From Verrucomicrobia bacterium UBA3750 (lineage in GTDB: Bacteria; Verrucomicrobiota; Kiritimatiellia; RFP12; UBA1067), in contig DFGM01000142.1 in NCBI GenBank assembly GCA_002371755.1, positions 1 to 56,517 of the forward strand: 56,517 nucleotides of DNA, read 5' to 3'. The translations under genes and the position numbers were made by a program. Positions 16,512-25,329 of the stretch are shown piece after piece (the first letter of the stretch is position 1; each line of letters begins with the position of its first letter). The notes under the pieces were generated by a model. That model made no database searches. It was not told the DNA's origin and saw nothing but the letters and a program-made list of their open reading frames with translations.

Positions 16512-16895
16512 ATGGAAGTCGACGGCATCAACCTTGCAATCGGCGGCGGCGTGGTCTCGACGATCGCGGGCGTTATCGGCGTGTGGATCAAGGCGAAGTT
16601 TGGCAAGGCGCGCATCGAACCCACGCCGCTTCCGGTTGAAAAGGTCAAGGACTTCGTGACCGTCGGCGAGTGTAAATCGAAGATGTGTGCGATGGACGCG
16701 CGCATTGACCGGGTGGCCGATGGGCAGCAGAAGATACTCGACAAGCTCGACGAGATGGACAGCCGATCGGAGAAGCGAGCGCGGGAAACGCATGAGCGGA
16801 TCGACCCGCTCGTAAAAGAACTGGCCAAGAACATCGGCCAAGTCGAGCTCATGAAAGAGACATTCATCCAGGCGGCAATCGGAGGAAATAAATAA
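16512..16895 (+). CDS. N-terminally anchored coiled-coil protein (Mu gp25-like or spanin/holin-like, uncertain)
   Basis: 127 aa. One TM helix (LAIGGGVVSTIAGVIGVWI) followed by a helical region. Positioned just before the terminase genes. Confidence 0.6.
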   Translation: MEVDGINLAIGGGVVSTIAGVIGVWIKAKFGKARIEPTPLPVEKVKDFVTVGECKSKMCAMDARIDRVADGQQKILDKLDEMDSRSEKRARETHERIDPLVKELAKNIGQVELMKETFIQAAIGGNK

Positions 16896-17146
16896 TGAGG
16901 AACGTAGAACTTCAAAAATCGATTCTTGTAATACTTTCACATCTCGACGGGATAGCCGTGCGCGAAAGCGTCTTGGCGAAAGAGACGGAAATCGCCGTCA
17001 AGCACCCGATCACAACCGAGGAGTTCCATCGCGAGATGAAGGAGCTCCTGGGCACGCGACGCGTAAAGCGCGACTTCGATCCGTTCGGCGAGGCGATATA
17101 CACGATCACCGGCGCGGGCAAGGACGCGCTCATGGGACGCGGCTGA
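16895..17146 (+). CDS. hypothetical small protein (possible winged-helix)
   Basis: 83 aa. The ATG overlaps the upstream TAA. Confidence 0.55.
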   Translation: MRNVELQKSILVILSHLDGIAVRESVLAKETEIAVKHPITTEEFHREMKELLGTRRVKRDFDPFGEAIYTITGAGKDALMGRG

Positions 17147-17147
17147 A

Positions 17148-17711
17148 ATGGCGAAAGTTCGCATAGACTCCTGGGCGGCGAGCCTCACGGAAGAGCAGTC
17201 GTGGGCGCTCTACTACAAAGCGCGCGCGCTCAAGTGGAACGAGGCTGCCGCGTGGGCCGTGAAGGAGTTCGGCCTTGACCGCGCGCCGAGCCGCTCCGGC
17301 TTTTACGAGTGGCTTTCGGCGATGCGGGACGAGGAATCTTCCCACCGGCTGAACCAGGCGGCGACGGCTGCAGCGGAGGCCGCCGCACTCGCGAAGACCC
17401 AGGCGAAGGACGACGCGCTCATTGGCGCGTATAAGGCGATGGCTGCCGAACTCGCGCTTCGCACCGGCAGCGCGAAGGAAGCTCAGAAGTTCGTCGAGAT
17501 GGCGACGGCGCTTGCCGACCGGCAGCTGCACGCCGCCGAGCTCGACATCAAGGAGCGCTCGCAGAAGACGAAGGACGAACAGCTGAAGCTCGCCCGCGAG
17601 AAGTTCGAGGCGGCCGAGCGCCGCGAGAACGCAGCGAAAGCGACTGTTTCGGACGCCAAGCTCACCGACGAGGAGCGCATGGCGAAGCTGAAGGAGATCT
17701 ACGGAATATGA
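17148..17711 (+). CDS. putative terminase small subunit (Mu gp27-like position)
   Basis: 187 aa. N-terminal HTH-like region followed by a long Ala/Lys/Glu coiled coil. Immediately upstream of, and overlapping, the large terminase gene. Confidence 0.5.
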   Translation: MAKVRIDSWAASLTEEQSWALYYKARALKWNEAAAWAVKEFGLDRAPSRSGFYEWLSAMRDEESSHRLNQAATAAAEAAALAKTQAKDDALIGAYKAMAAELALRTGSAKEAQKFVEMATALADRQLHAAELDIKERSQKTKDEQLKLAREKFEAAERRENAAKATVSDAKLTDEERMAKLKEIYGI

Positions 17712-19135
17712 CGAGCCCCGTCCAGCTGCTGAAGAGCTACCAGTCGCGCGTCTACCGCGATGCCTCGCGCTTCATTGCCTGGATCGCCGGCCGACAGATC
17801 GGCAAAAGCTTCACCGGCGCGATGCGCGCCGTCAAGCTCTCCGACACGCGCCCGAAGCACGACTTCCTCATAGCCTCCCCATCGGAGCGACAGTCGCTCG
17901 AGGCCGCCGAGAAGTGCAAGCAGCACGTCGATGCGTTCGGCACCTGCAAGGTCGCCGAGGAGATAGTCGAGCGCGACGCGCCCGGCGCGCTGATGAAGTC
18001 GTCGACCATCATCTTCGAGAACGGCAGCCGCATCATCGCCGTCCCTGGCAAGCCCGACACCGTGCGCGGCTACTCGGCCGACATCTGGATGGACGAGTTC
18101 GCCTTCTTCGAGGATCCCGCCGCGACCTGGAAGGCGATACTCCCGTCTATCTCCAACCCCCTGAAGGGGCTCAAGACCGCGTTCCTCACCTCGACGCCGA
18201 ACGGCAAGTCGGGGCGCGGCAAGCGCTTCTACGACATCGTCACCGACAAAGGCACGATAGACCCGACGCTCATGCCTCCGCAGTATATGGCTGGGGCATG
18301 GTCCATCCACCGCACGCCAATCACGCTCGCCGCGCCGGAACTCGGAACGGACATCGAGGAGCTCGAGCGCGCGATCGACGACGACGAGACATGGAAGCAG
18401 GAGTTCCTCGCGCTCTTCATCGACGGCACGAGCGTGCTACTGCCCTACGACGTCATGGCGAAGTGCGAGAGCATGGAGGCGACGCTTTCGATCACGCCGG
18501 AGGAGATGGCGGGACGCGGCCCCTGGTATGCCGGCATTGACTTTGGCCGCACCAGCGACCCGTCGGTCCTGTGGCTCATGGAGAAGGTCGGCGACGTCCT
18601 GTGGACTCGCGCCGTAAAGACGCTCAAGAACGAGAACACGGTCGACCAGTTCGAGGTCTACCGCCCCTACATCGAGCGATGCACCCACGTGTGCGTGGAC
18701 TACACCGGCCCCGGCATCGGCTTCGGTGACATCCTCGACAAGCACTTCACCTGCTGCAAGTCGACGGGCGCGAAGTTCGGCGGAGAGAAGGTCGAGCTGT
18801 GCACGTTCTCGGTGCCCTTCAAGTGCGACATCTTCCCGAAGCTGCGCGGCAGTTTCGACGCGATGAAGCTGCGCGTGCCGTTCGCGACCGAGACGCGCGA
18901 GGATCTCCACGAGATGCAGCAGGTGATCTCGAACGGCAACTACAACTACAAGGCACCGCGAACGGACGCCGGGCACTCCGACCGCTGCACCGCCCTCGCG
19001 CTCGCACTTCGCGCCGCGAGCTTCGGCGGCGCGGCCCCCATCCTGCCCGCTGCCGGGAGGTCGCGCGCCTCCTCCGTCCGCCGCACCCTCGTCGCCGCCC
19101 TCCGTTCCCGCCTGAAAGGAGCCTCCGTCCTATGA
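17708..19135 (+). CDS. terminase large subunit (Mu gp28-like)
   Basis: 475 aa. Walker A-like AGRQIGKSF and Walker B-like ADIWMDEFAFF, with a C-terminal nuclease-like half. Followed by the portal gene. Confidence 0.85.
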   Translation: MTSPVQLLKSYQSRVYRDASRFIAWIAGRQIGKSFTGAMRAVKLSDTRPKHDFLIASPSERQSLEAAEKCKQHVDAFGTCKVAEEIVERDAPGALMKSSTIIFENGSRIIAVPGKPDTVRGYSADIWMDEFAFFEDPAATWKAILPSISNPLKGLKTAFLTSTPNGKSGRGKRFYDIVTDKGTIDPTLMPPQYMAGAWSIHRTPITLAAPELGTDIEELERAIDDDETWKQEFLALFIDGTSVLLPYDVMAKCESMEATLSITPEEMAGRGPWYAGIDFGRTSDPSVLWLMEKVGDVLWTRAVKTLKNENTVDQFEVYRPYIERCTHVCVDYTGPGIGFGDILDKHFTCCKSTGAKFGGEKVELCTFSVPFKCDIFPKLRGSFDAMKLRVPFATETREDLHEMQQVISNGNYNYKAPRTDAGHSDRCTALALALRAASFGGAAPILPAAGRSRASSVRRTLVAALRSRLKGASVL

Positions 19136-20649
19136 TTCGATTCCCCATGAACCGCGCGCTTGCCGTCGCCAACTCCTGGCGCGAGCAATACAACCCTCTT
19201 CGCGGCCTCACCATGTCCCGTGCGGTCGCGCTCATGGAGGACGCCCAGCGCGGCGTCATGGCCGGCCTCCAGTGGCTCTACGCCTCGGAGCTCGGCATCG
19301 AGGCGACCGACCCGGACCTGATGACGATCATCGAGAAGACGCTTGCCGGCGTCGCCGACATGGACTGGCAGATCGTCACCGCCGATCCCGAGTCGCGGGG
19401 CTTCGACGCCACGCTCGCCCAGGAGCAGAAGGAGTTCCTTGAATCATCCTACAACGCCTGCGACAATCTGCCCGCCGCGATCGACCACCTCGTCATGGCC
19501 CGCTTTCGCGGATTCGCCCACCTCCAGCCGTGGCTGAAGCCGGACTGGACGATTGAGCATCTCGAACCGCTGCCGCAGTGGAACATGGTGCGAGACGGAA
19601 CGCGCTCGAACTGGGCTTGGAACCCCGCCGCGCTTGAAAAGCCGTTCCGCTCGTTCGGCGCTGAAGCCGTCCTTTCGCCCGAAGACTACATCCTTCTCGA
19701 AAACCGCCGTCCTGTCAACCGTATTGCGGTCATCAAGTACATCCGATCGACCGTCGCCGAGAAGGACTGGGACGGCTACGTCGAGATCTACGGCATTCCC
19801 GGCGTCTTCATCATCATGCCGCCGAACATCCCGGAGGGGAAGGAAGAGCCTTACCGCGACGAGGCGGTTGCGGCGGCCGAGGCGGCCTCCGGCGCGCTCC
19901 CGAACGGCAGCGACGTCAAGACGCTTTCGGAGGTGCGCGGCGTCCAGCCGTTCCAACTGCGCCTCGAATGGCTTCAGAAGCAGCTCATCCTCGCCGGCAC
20001 GGGCGGCATGCTCACATCGCTCGCCGAGCCGACCGGCATCGGCGGCGGCGCGTCGGGCGCGCACGAATCGGCCTGGGTCACCATCGTCCGCCGCGTCGCC
20101 CACAAGGTCGAGGCCGCGTTCAACCGCCAGTACGACCATCGCGCGCTCGCCGCGCTCTTCCCGGGCCGCCCCGTGCTCGCGCAGTTCGCGCTGAGGACGC
20201 GGCAGGAAAAGGACGTCGGCGCGGCGGTCGAGTCGATCGCCAAACTTTCCACGGCCGGCTTCCAGGTCGACCCCGCCCAGGTCGAGGCCGAAACGGGCTA
20301 CAAAGTCACCGTCAAGGCACCGGAAGCCCCCGTCCCGTTCAGGAATGCGTTTAAAACGCGCGTAGGGGCGTTTAAAAACGCGCCGCGCGTCCCGGACGGG
20401 CAAGGAGAGGGGGCGGCCGAGACCCCCGCTCAAATCGAAAAAAAACGGCCTTCTGCGGCGGAGGCCGTCCTGGCCGAGATTGCCGCAACCATCCTCGACG
20501 GCTCGGTGCCTTACGAACAGGCGATCCAGAACGCCCAGGCGCGGCTGAAGGAACTCGACCTGGAAGACCTTTCGAAAGACCTTGAAGCCAAACTTGAAAA
20601 GGCGATGTTCGCTCAGGCGCAGGCCCAACAGAAAGGAACACGCGAATGA
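19132..20649 (+). CDS. portal protein (DUF935 / Mu gp29-like)
   Basis: 505 aa from MIRFPMNRAL (the ATG overlaps the terminase TGA). Size and position between terminase and protease are as expected, and the N-terminal WREQYNPLRGLT...LMEDAQRG pattern is typical of DUF935 portals. Confidence 0.8.
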   Translation: MIRFPMNRALAVANSWREQYNPLRGLTMSRAVALMEDAQRGVMAGLQWLYASELGIEATDPDLMTIIEKTLAGVADMDWQIVTADPESRGFDATLAQEQKEFLESSYNACDNLPAAIDHLVMARFRGFAHLQPWLKPDWTIEHLEPLPQWNMVRDGTRSNWAWNPAALEKPFRSFGAEAVLSPEDYILLENRRPVNRIAVIKYIRSTVAEKDWDGYVEIYGIPGVFIIMPPNIPEGKEEPYRDEAVAAAEAASGALPNGSDVKTLSEVRGVQPFQLRLEWLQKQLILAGTGGMLTSLAEPTGIGGGASGAHESAWVTIVRRVAHKVEAAFNRQYDHRALAALFPGRPVLAQFALRTRQEKDVGAAVESIAKLSTAGFQVDPAQVEAETGYKVTVKAPEAPVPFRNAFKTRVGAFKNAPRVPDGQGEGAAETPAQIEKKRPSAAEAVLAEIAATILDGSVPYEQAIQNAQARLKELDLEDLSKDLEAKLEKAMFAQAQAQQKGTRE

Positions 20650-21692
20650 AAACCAGAAACCTCCTCGGCTCCGCGTTCGCCACCTGCACCGCGCACGACG
20701 GCGCGGACGGGGCGACGCCGGCCTGGTTCCAGACCACGCCGCCCTATGGCGACTATCCGGGCGGCAACATCACCGGCAAGGACGGAAAGCCGGTCGAAAA
20801 CGCCGTCGTCAGGTTTGACGTGGCGTCCGTCAAAGCCGTCGTCGACGCCTTCCGCGCGCGGATGACCGCCTCCGACTGGCCGGGCGTCCTCGTCGACCGC
20901 GAGCATTTCAGCCTGGATCTCGACAAGCCATCCGACGCGATGGCCTGGGCGATCGACATCCGCGTCGCCGACGACGGATCCATCTGGACGAAGTGGCGCT
21001 TCACGCCGGAAGGCGAACGGCTCTGGAAGGATCGCGTGCATGTCTGCCGCTCGCCCGTCCTGAAGCTCGACGACGGCCCGGACGGAGTCTACCGCCCGAC
21101 CGCGCTGCAGTCGATCGGCATGACGAACACGCCGCACTTCAAGGAACTTTCGACTCTTGCCGCCGCAAAGGCTGCGGCGGAAGAAACAAACACACAAGGA
21201 GAAAACCAAATGGACAAGGAAATCCTCGACGCTCTCGGTCTCGCCGAAGGCGCGTCGAAAGCAGACGTCCTCGCAGCCATCAAGGCGATGAAGGACGAGA
21301 AAGCCGCAGCCGCCCAGCAGGCGACCGACGCTCAGAAGAAGGCCGACGAAGCCGAGGCGGCGTGCCGGGGCCTGAAGGCGGATGCCTTCATTGCCGCGCA
21401 CAAGGACTCGATCACGGATGCCGCGAAGTTCCGCGAGGCGTATCTGAAGGCGCCCGAGGCGACCGAGGCGGCGTTCGCGCTCTACAAGACCCCGGCCGCG
21501 AAGCCGAGCGATACGCGCATCGCCGCACGCGACGCGAAGACCCCGGATGTGACGAGCGGCACCGGCGACAGCAAGGCCAAGATCGCCGCGCGCAACAAGG
21601 CCGTCAACGAATACATGGCCGCGCACAAGTGCTCGTTCCAGACCGCCTGGAGCGCGTGCCGCGCGTGCGACCCCGAAACTTTCGCCGATTAA
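20646..21692 (+). CDS. Mu-I-type head protease / scaffold
   Basis: 348 aa. WFQTTPPYGDYPGG...VVRFDVASVKAVVDAF...VLVDREHFS matches the Mu-like prophage I protein pattern. Ala/Lys-rich scaffold-like C-terminal half. Confidence 0.8.
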   Translation: MKTRNLLGSAFATCTAHDGADGATPAWFQTTPPYGDYPGGNITGKDGKPVENAVVRFDVASVKAVVDAFRARMTASDWPGVLVDREHFSLDLDKPSDAMAWAIDIRVADDGSIWTKWRFTPEGERLWKDRVHVCRSPVLKLDDGPDGVYRPTALQSIGMTNTPHFKELSTLAAAKAAAEETNTQGENQMDKEILDALGLAEGASKADVLAAIKAMKDEKAAAAQQATDAQKKADEAEAACRGLKADAFIAAHKDSITDAAKFREAYLKAPEATEAAFALYKTPAAKPSDTRIAARDAKTPDVTSGTGDSKAKIAARNKAVNEYMAAHKCSFQTAWSACRACDPETFAD

Positions 21693-21719
21693 GGCAACTC
21701 AAGGAAAGGAAAAACAATC

Positions 21720-22103
21720 ATGGCAATCGCCAACGAGACAGCACTGGTGCGCATGGCCAACAAAGCCAGCACCGACCTCACCGGCAAGGAAGGCTACGTC
21801 GCCGTCTACGACAGCGGCCTCGCCCTCGCCGCCACCGCCAACCTCGCGGGCGCGCTCGGCGTCATCGTCGAAGGCGGCGCGAACAGCTCCGACGTCGCCA
21901 TCGCGGGCGCGTTCGGCGGAATCGTCCGTTGCAAGGCGGGCGGCTCCATCTCCTGCGGTGCAAAGGTCAAGGTCGTCAACGGCGGCACGGTCGAGTCCTA
22001 CAGCTCCGGCGCGGGCACCGTGATCGGCGTCGCGCTCCAGGCCGCCGCGGCCGACGAGCTCTTCGAGGTCGCGCTTCGCACCCCCATCACCTTCGCAAGC
22101 TGA
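21720..22103 (+). CDS. DUF2190-like head decoration/cement protein
   Basis: 127 aa. Gly/Ala-rich beta-protein (GYVAVYDSG...GVIVEGG...VKVVNGGTV) directly upstream of the capsid gene. Confidence 0.6.
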   Translation: MAIANETALVRMANKASTDLTGKEGYVAVYDSGLALAATANLAGALGVIVEGGANSSDVAIAGAFGGIVRCKAGGSISCGAKVKVVNGGTVESYSSGAGTVIGVALQAAAADELFEVALRTPITFAS

Positions 22104-22132
22104 TCAACCCCCTCAAGGAAAGGAAATTCACA

Positions 22133-23056
22133 ATGGGAAAGCTTGGTACCTCCACATTCGTTGAAACCCTGAAGAACTACGCCTTCGGCGTGGCCCAGGA
22201 CGTCAAGACCACCCTCGCGGACTTCATCGCGCCGCGCGTCCCCGTCGGGGTCGCCACCGGCAAGTTCAAGAAGTTCAACACCAAGAACGCCTTCCAGCTC
22301 TACGACACGCAGCGTGCCGTGGGCGGCATGGCCAAGCGCATCGAGTTCGCTGCGGACGACGGCAACTTCAACTGCGTGCCCAACGCGCTCGAAGTGCCGA
22401 TCGACGACCAGGAGCGCGCGCAGGCTGGCTCCGCCGACGCCGCGCTGGAGGAGGCGAAGACCCGCACGCTCGTCATCAACGCGGCGCTGGCGCGCGAGAA
22501 GAAGATCTTCGACCTCGTCAAGTCCGGCGTCTCCGCCGTCGCCTCCAAGGGCGTCTGGTCGTCCGACGCGACCGCCGATCCGATTGACGAAATCGACGAG
22601 CAGATCGCGGCGATCGCCACCGCGACGGGAATGCTCCCGAACCGCATGGTGATTGGCCTCGGCGCGTGGCGCATCCTGAAGAACCACGCCAGCGTCCTCA
22701 AGCGCCAGCAGGGCGTGACGGACAAGGGGCTCAGCCTCTCTGGCTTCGCCGCGATGCTGCTCAACCCCGCGATGGACGTCCGCGTGGGCGTCATGGGCTA
22801 CGACGCCAACAAGATGGGGAAGAGCGAGTCGAAGGCGAACGTCGTCGGCTCGGAGATCTTCCTGTTCCACGGCAGCGACAACCCGACGCAGTACGATCCT
22901 GGCTTCGCCAAGACCTTCTCTATCGGCTCGAACTCGGTCGAGGACGTGCGGATGTACCGCGACGAGCGCAGCCGTAGCGACATCCTTGCCGTCGACTGGT
23001 CCGAGGACGTCCAGGTGATCTCCACGCTCTGCGCGAAGCGCATCACCGTCTCGTGA
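22133..23056 (+). CDS. major capsid protein
   Basis: 307 aa from MGKLGTSTF, with AAGGAAAGGAAA upstream. Sits after the protease/scaffold and decoration genes and is followed by a strong hairpin. Confidence 0.8.
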   Translation: MGKLGTSTFVETLKNYAFGVAQDVKTTLADFIAPRVPVGVATGKFKKFNTKNAFQLYDTQRAVGGMAKRIEFAADDGNFNCVPNALEVPIDDQERAQAGSADAALEEAKTRTLVINAALAREKKIFDLVKSGVSAVASKGVWSSDATADPIDEIDEQIAAIATATGMLPNRMVIGLGAWRILKNHASVLKRQQGVTDKGLSLSGFAAMLLNPAMDVRVGVMGYDANKMGKSESKANVVGSEIFLFHGSDNPTQYDPGFAKTFSIGSNSVEDVRMYRDERSRSDILAVDWSEDVQVISTLCAKRITVS

Positions 23057-23065
23057 TTCCCGCGC

Positions 23066-23106
23066 GCTCCAAGGGGCGTCCTTTTCGCCTCTTGGAGCGT
23101 GTTTGA
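23066..23106 (+). terminator. hairpin terminator/attenuator after the capsid gene
   Basis: GCTCCAAGGGGCG-tcctttt-CGCCTCTTGGAGC (13-bp stem, one mismatch) followed by GTGTTTG. Confidence 0.5.
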
Positions 23107-23130
23107 AAACCCTCTGCAAGATTCGCTGAC

Positions 23131-23580
23131 ATGGCCTGGAAGCAACCGACCCAAGACGATTTCTTCGCGACGCTCGACGCGGAGGAGGCCGCTCTTTTCG
23201 CGCGCAACGAAAACGACGACCGCACGCCCATCGACCTTCAGATCGCGATGACCGTCTCGCACGTGCGCGGCTTCATCCGCTCCGGCCGCAAGTGCCGAAT
23301 GCCGGGCGACGAATCACTCCTGCCGGACATGCTCATCACGCCGGCAATGGACTTCGCCGCGTTCAATCTTCTCAAGCGCTTGAGGCGCAACGTCAACGAG
23401 TCGCGCACCAAGGCTTACGACCGCGCCTGTTCGCTCTTCGAGAAGATCGGCCAGGGTGCCATCGTGCCGGAGGACTACGGCGAGGACCCGTCCGCCGTCG
23501 AGCCGGAAACATCGCTGGCGCGGCCATCCATCGCCGCCAAGCGCCGCCTCCTGGGGCGGCAGAACGAGGAGGGAATCTAG
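23131..23580 (+). CDS. head-tail connector protein (DUF1320/Mu gp36-like, tentative)
   Basis: 149 aa. First gene after the capsid terminator. Confidence 0.5.
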   Translation: MAWKQPTQDDFFATLDAEEAALFARNENDDRTPIDLQIAMTVSHVRGFIRSGRKCRMPGDESLLPDMLITPAMDFAAFNLLKRLRRNVNESRTKAYDRACSLFEKIGQGAIVPEDYGEDPSAVEPETSLARPSIAAKRRLLGRQNEEGI

Positions 23581-23582
23581 CG

Positions 23583-24014
23583 ATGGACCTCCAGACGTTC
23601 CAGGAAGCCGTCGCCGCGCGAATCCGCGAGATCCCGCTCTTGGCGGCACTGCCGGTGCGCGAAGAGCAGCTCGGCAACATCGTCGAGAACGTCCAGAACG
23701 ACGTGCTGCAGAACAAGTTCTGCGTTGTCGTCGGCGCGGCGGGCTTCACCGACGAGGCGCCCGACGCGGCGACGTGCTACGGCACGGTCCGCATCGTCGT
23801 CTCGGTGTTCGAGGATCCCGAGATGAACCGCCGTTCCGCCGGGAACCCAACGTTCCTCAACGCGGCGCAGGAGATCGCGAAGGCCCTGAAGCTTTTCAAA
23901 CCGAACGTTCAAGGCGCGGGCTCGCTCACCTCGCCCACCATCTCCGAACCAAGCGACATCGGCGACGGCGTCGTCTCCGTCACCGTCACGCTCACCACAA
24001 AGGCGACGCTCTAG
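23583..24014 (+). CDS. head-tail joining / tail completion protein
   Basis: 143 aa from MDLQTFQEAV. Located between the connector and the major tail protein. Confidence 0.5.
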   Translation: MDLQTFQEAVAARIREIPLLAALPVREEQLGNIVENVQNDVLQNKFCVVVGAAGFTDEAPDAATCYGTVRIVVSVFEDPEMNRRSAGNPTFLNAAQEIAKALKLFKPNVQGAGSLTSPTISEPSDIGDGVVSVTVTLTTKATL

Positions 24015-24037
24015 GATTTGACGAAAGGAATCAAAAC

Positions 24038-24958
24038 ATGGCAACGACACGACAATCAATCATTCGCGGCCCCGGCACCGTCACTTTCGGCGGCGCTACA
24101 ATCTTCGACGCCTCCGGCATCGACGCAGCCATCGACTCCGCGACGTTCGATGTCCCGAGCTCCATTTCCGGGAAGCTCGACACCATCAAGACCGACCAGA
24201 CCGGCAAGGTGACGCTCACGCCGGTTGGCAATCTCTCTGAAGCGCTCGTCGCGCTGCTCTACCCCTCGTGGCTGCAGTCGCCGGAGATCGGGCGTTCGCT
24301 GTTCGGCACGTCCGACCAGCCGCTCGTCGTCGCCTCTCGTGCCGGGCAGAAGGTCACGTTCTACGCGGCCGCCGTCACCAAGTTCCCCGATCTCAACCTC
24401 TCGCCCATCAAGACCGCGTTTGGATCCGTCGAGTGGACGGCGCTCCTGGCGAACGGGAAGCTGCCGACCGACGCCAACAGCTTCTACGCCGTTAGCGCGG
24501 CGACCTACGCGGACGGCGAGCCTCCGCGCGACGGGCTCACTGGCTACCACTACGCCGGGACGTTCGGCGCGCTCTCGATCCCCGACACGGTGGACGGCTG
24601 GACCGTCTCGATCGACGCGCAGCTCGATCCCGTCACGACCGACAGCCAGGGAACGATCGACTACACCCTGGGAGGCGTGAACGTCACGGCGCGCTGCACG
24701 CCGCTCGGCCTCACCGAGTCGCAGATCCTCGCCGCGCTCCCCGCCCTCTCCGGGCGCGGCGCATCGCTCGCGGGCGCGAACGACCTCGTGATCGCGGCGA
24801 CGGGGGGACTCACGGTCACGCTGAAAAAGGCTGCGCTCGTCACGGGCCCGCTCCAGTGGGGCACGACGACACTGCGCGCCGGCGAGCTCGGCTTCACCGC
24901 GAACATCGACCCCTCGACCGGCAAGCTCTTCGAGGTTGCCTACACGGATCCCGACTGA
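24038..24958 (+). CDS. major tail (tube) protein, non-contractile type
   Basis: 306 aa from MATTRQSIIRGPG. No sheath gene is present. Followed by a small ORF and the tape measure gene. Confidence 0.65.
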   Translation: MATTRQSIIRGPGTVTFGGATIFDASGIDAAIDSATFDVPSSISGKLDTIKTDQTGKVTLTPVGNLSEALVALLYPSWLQSPEIGRSLFGTSDQPLVVASRAGQKVTFYAAAVTKFPDLNLSPIKTAFGSVEWTALLANGKLPTDANSFYAVSAATYADGEPPRDGLTGYHYAGTFGALSIPDTVDGWTVSIDAQLDPVTTDSQGTIDYTLGGVNVTARCTPLGLTESQILAALPALSGRGASLAGANDLVIAATGGLTVTLKKAALVTGPLQWGTTTLRAGELGFTANIDPSTGKLFEVAYTDPD

Positions 24959-25326
24959 TGACGATCTCAGTCGGCAGCACCGTCCTCTGCGCGGGCCAGG
25001 CGCGCAACGCGACCGGCAGTCCCGTCGGCCCGGCGAACTTTCGCTGGGCCGAGGCCCCGGGCGTCCTCAAGCGCGAGTACGTGGGCGCGGACCGCATCGC
25101 AGCCGAACGCATCAGGTCTGATTCCGGAGTCGTCACGTTCGATGTGACGCGCACCTTCGCGTCGGTCGAGGATGCCTTCGCCTACATCGTCGCGTCGAAG
25201 AGCGAGAACGTCGCGGGCGCGCTCAAGTTCGACCAGACGGAAATCCTCGCGAATGCCGCCGTGACGAACCGCACGCTGATCCAGCGGGGCTGCACTGTCT
25301 CCATCTCCTACACGATCGAGGGATAA
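24958..25326 (+). CDS. tail assembly chaperone-position protein
   Basis: 122 aa. The start overlaps the upstream stop (TGATG). Located between the tube and tape measure genes. Confidence 0.5.
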   Translation: MTISVGSTVLCAGQARNATGSPVGPANFRWAEAPGVLKREYVGADRIAAERIRSDSGVVTFDVTRTFASVEDAFAYIVASKSENVAGALKFDQTEILANAAVTNRTLIQRGCTVSISYTIEG

Positions 25327-25329
25327 AGA

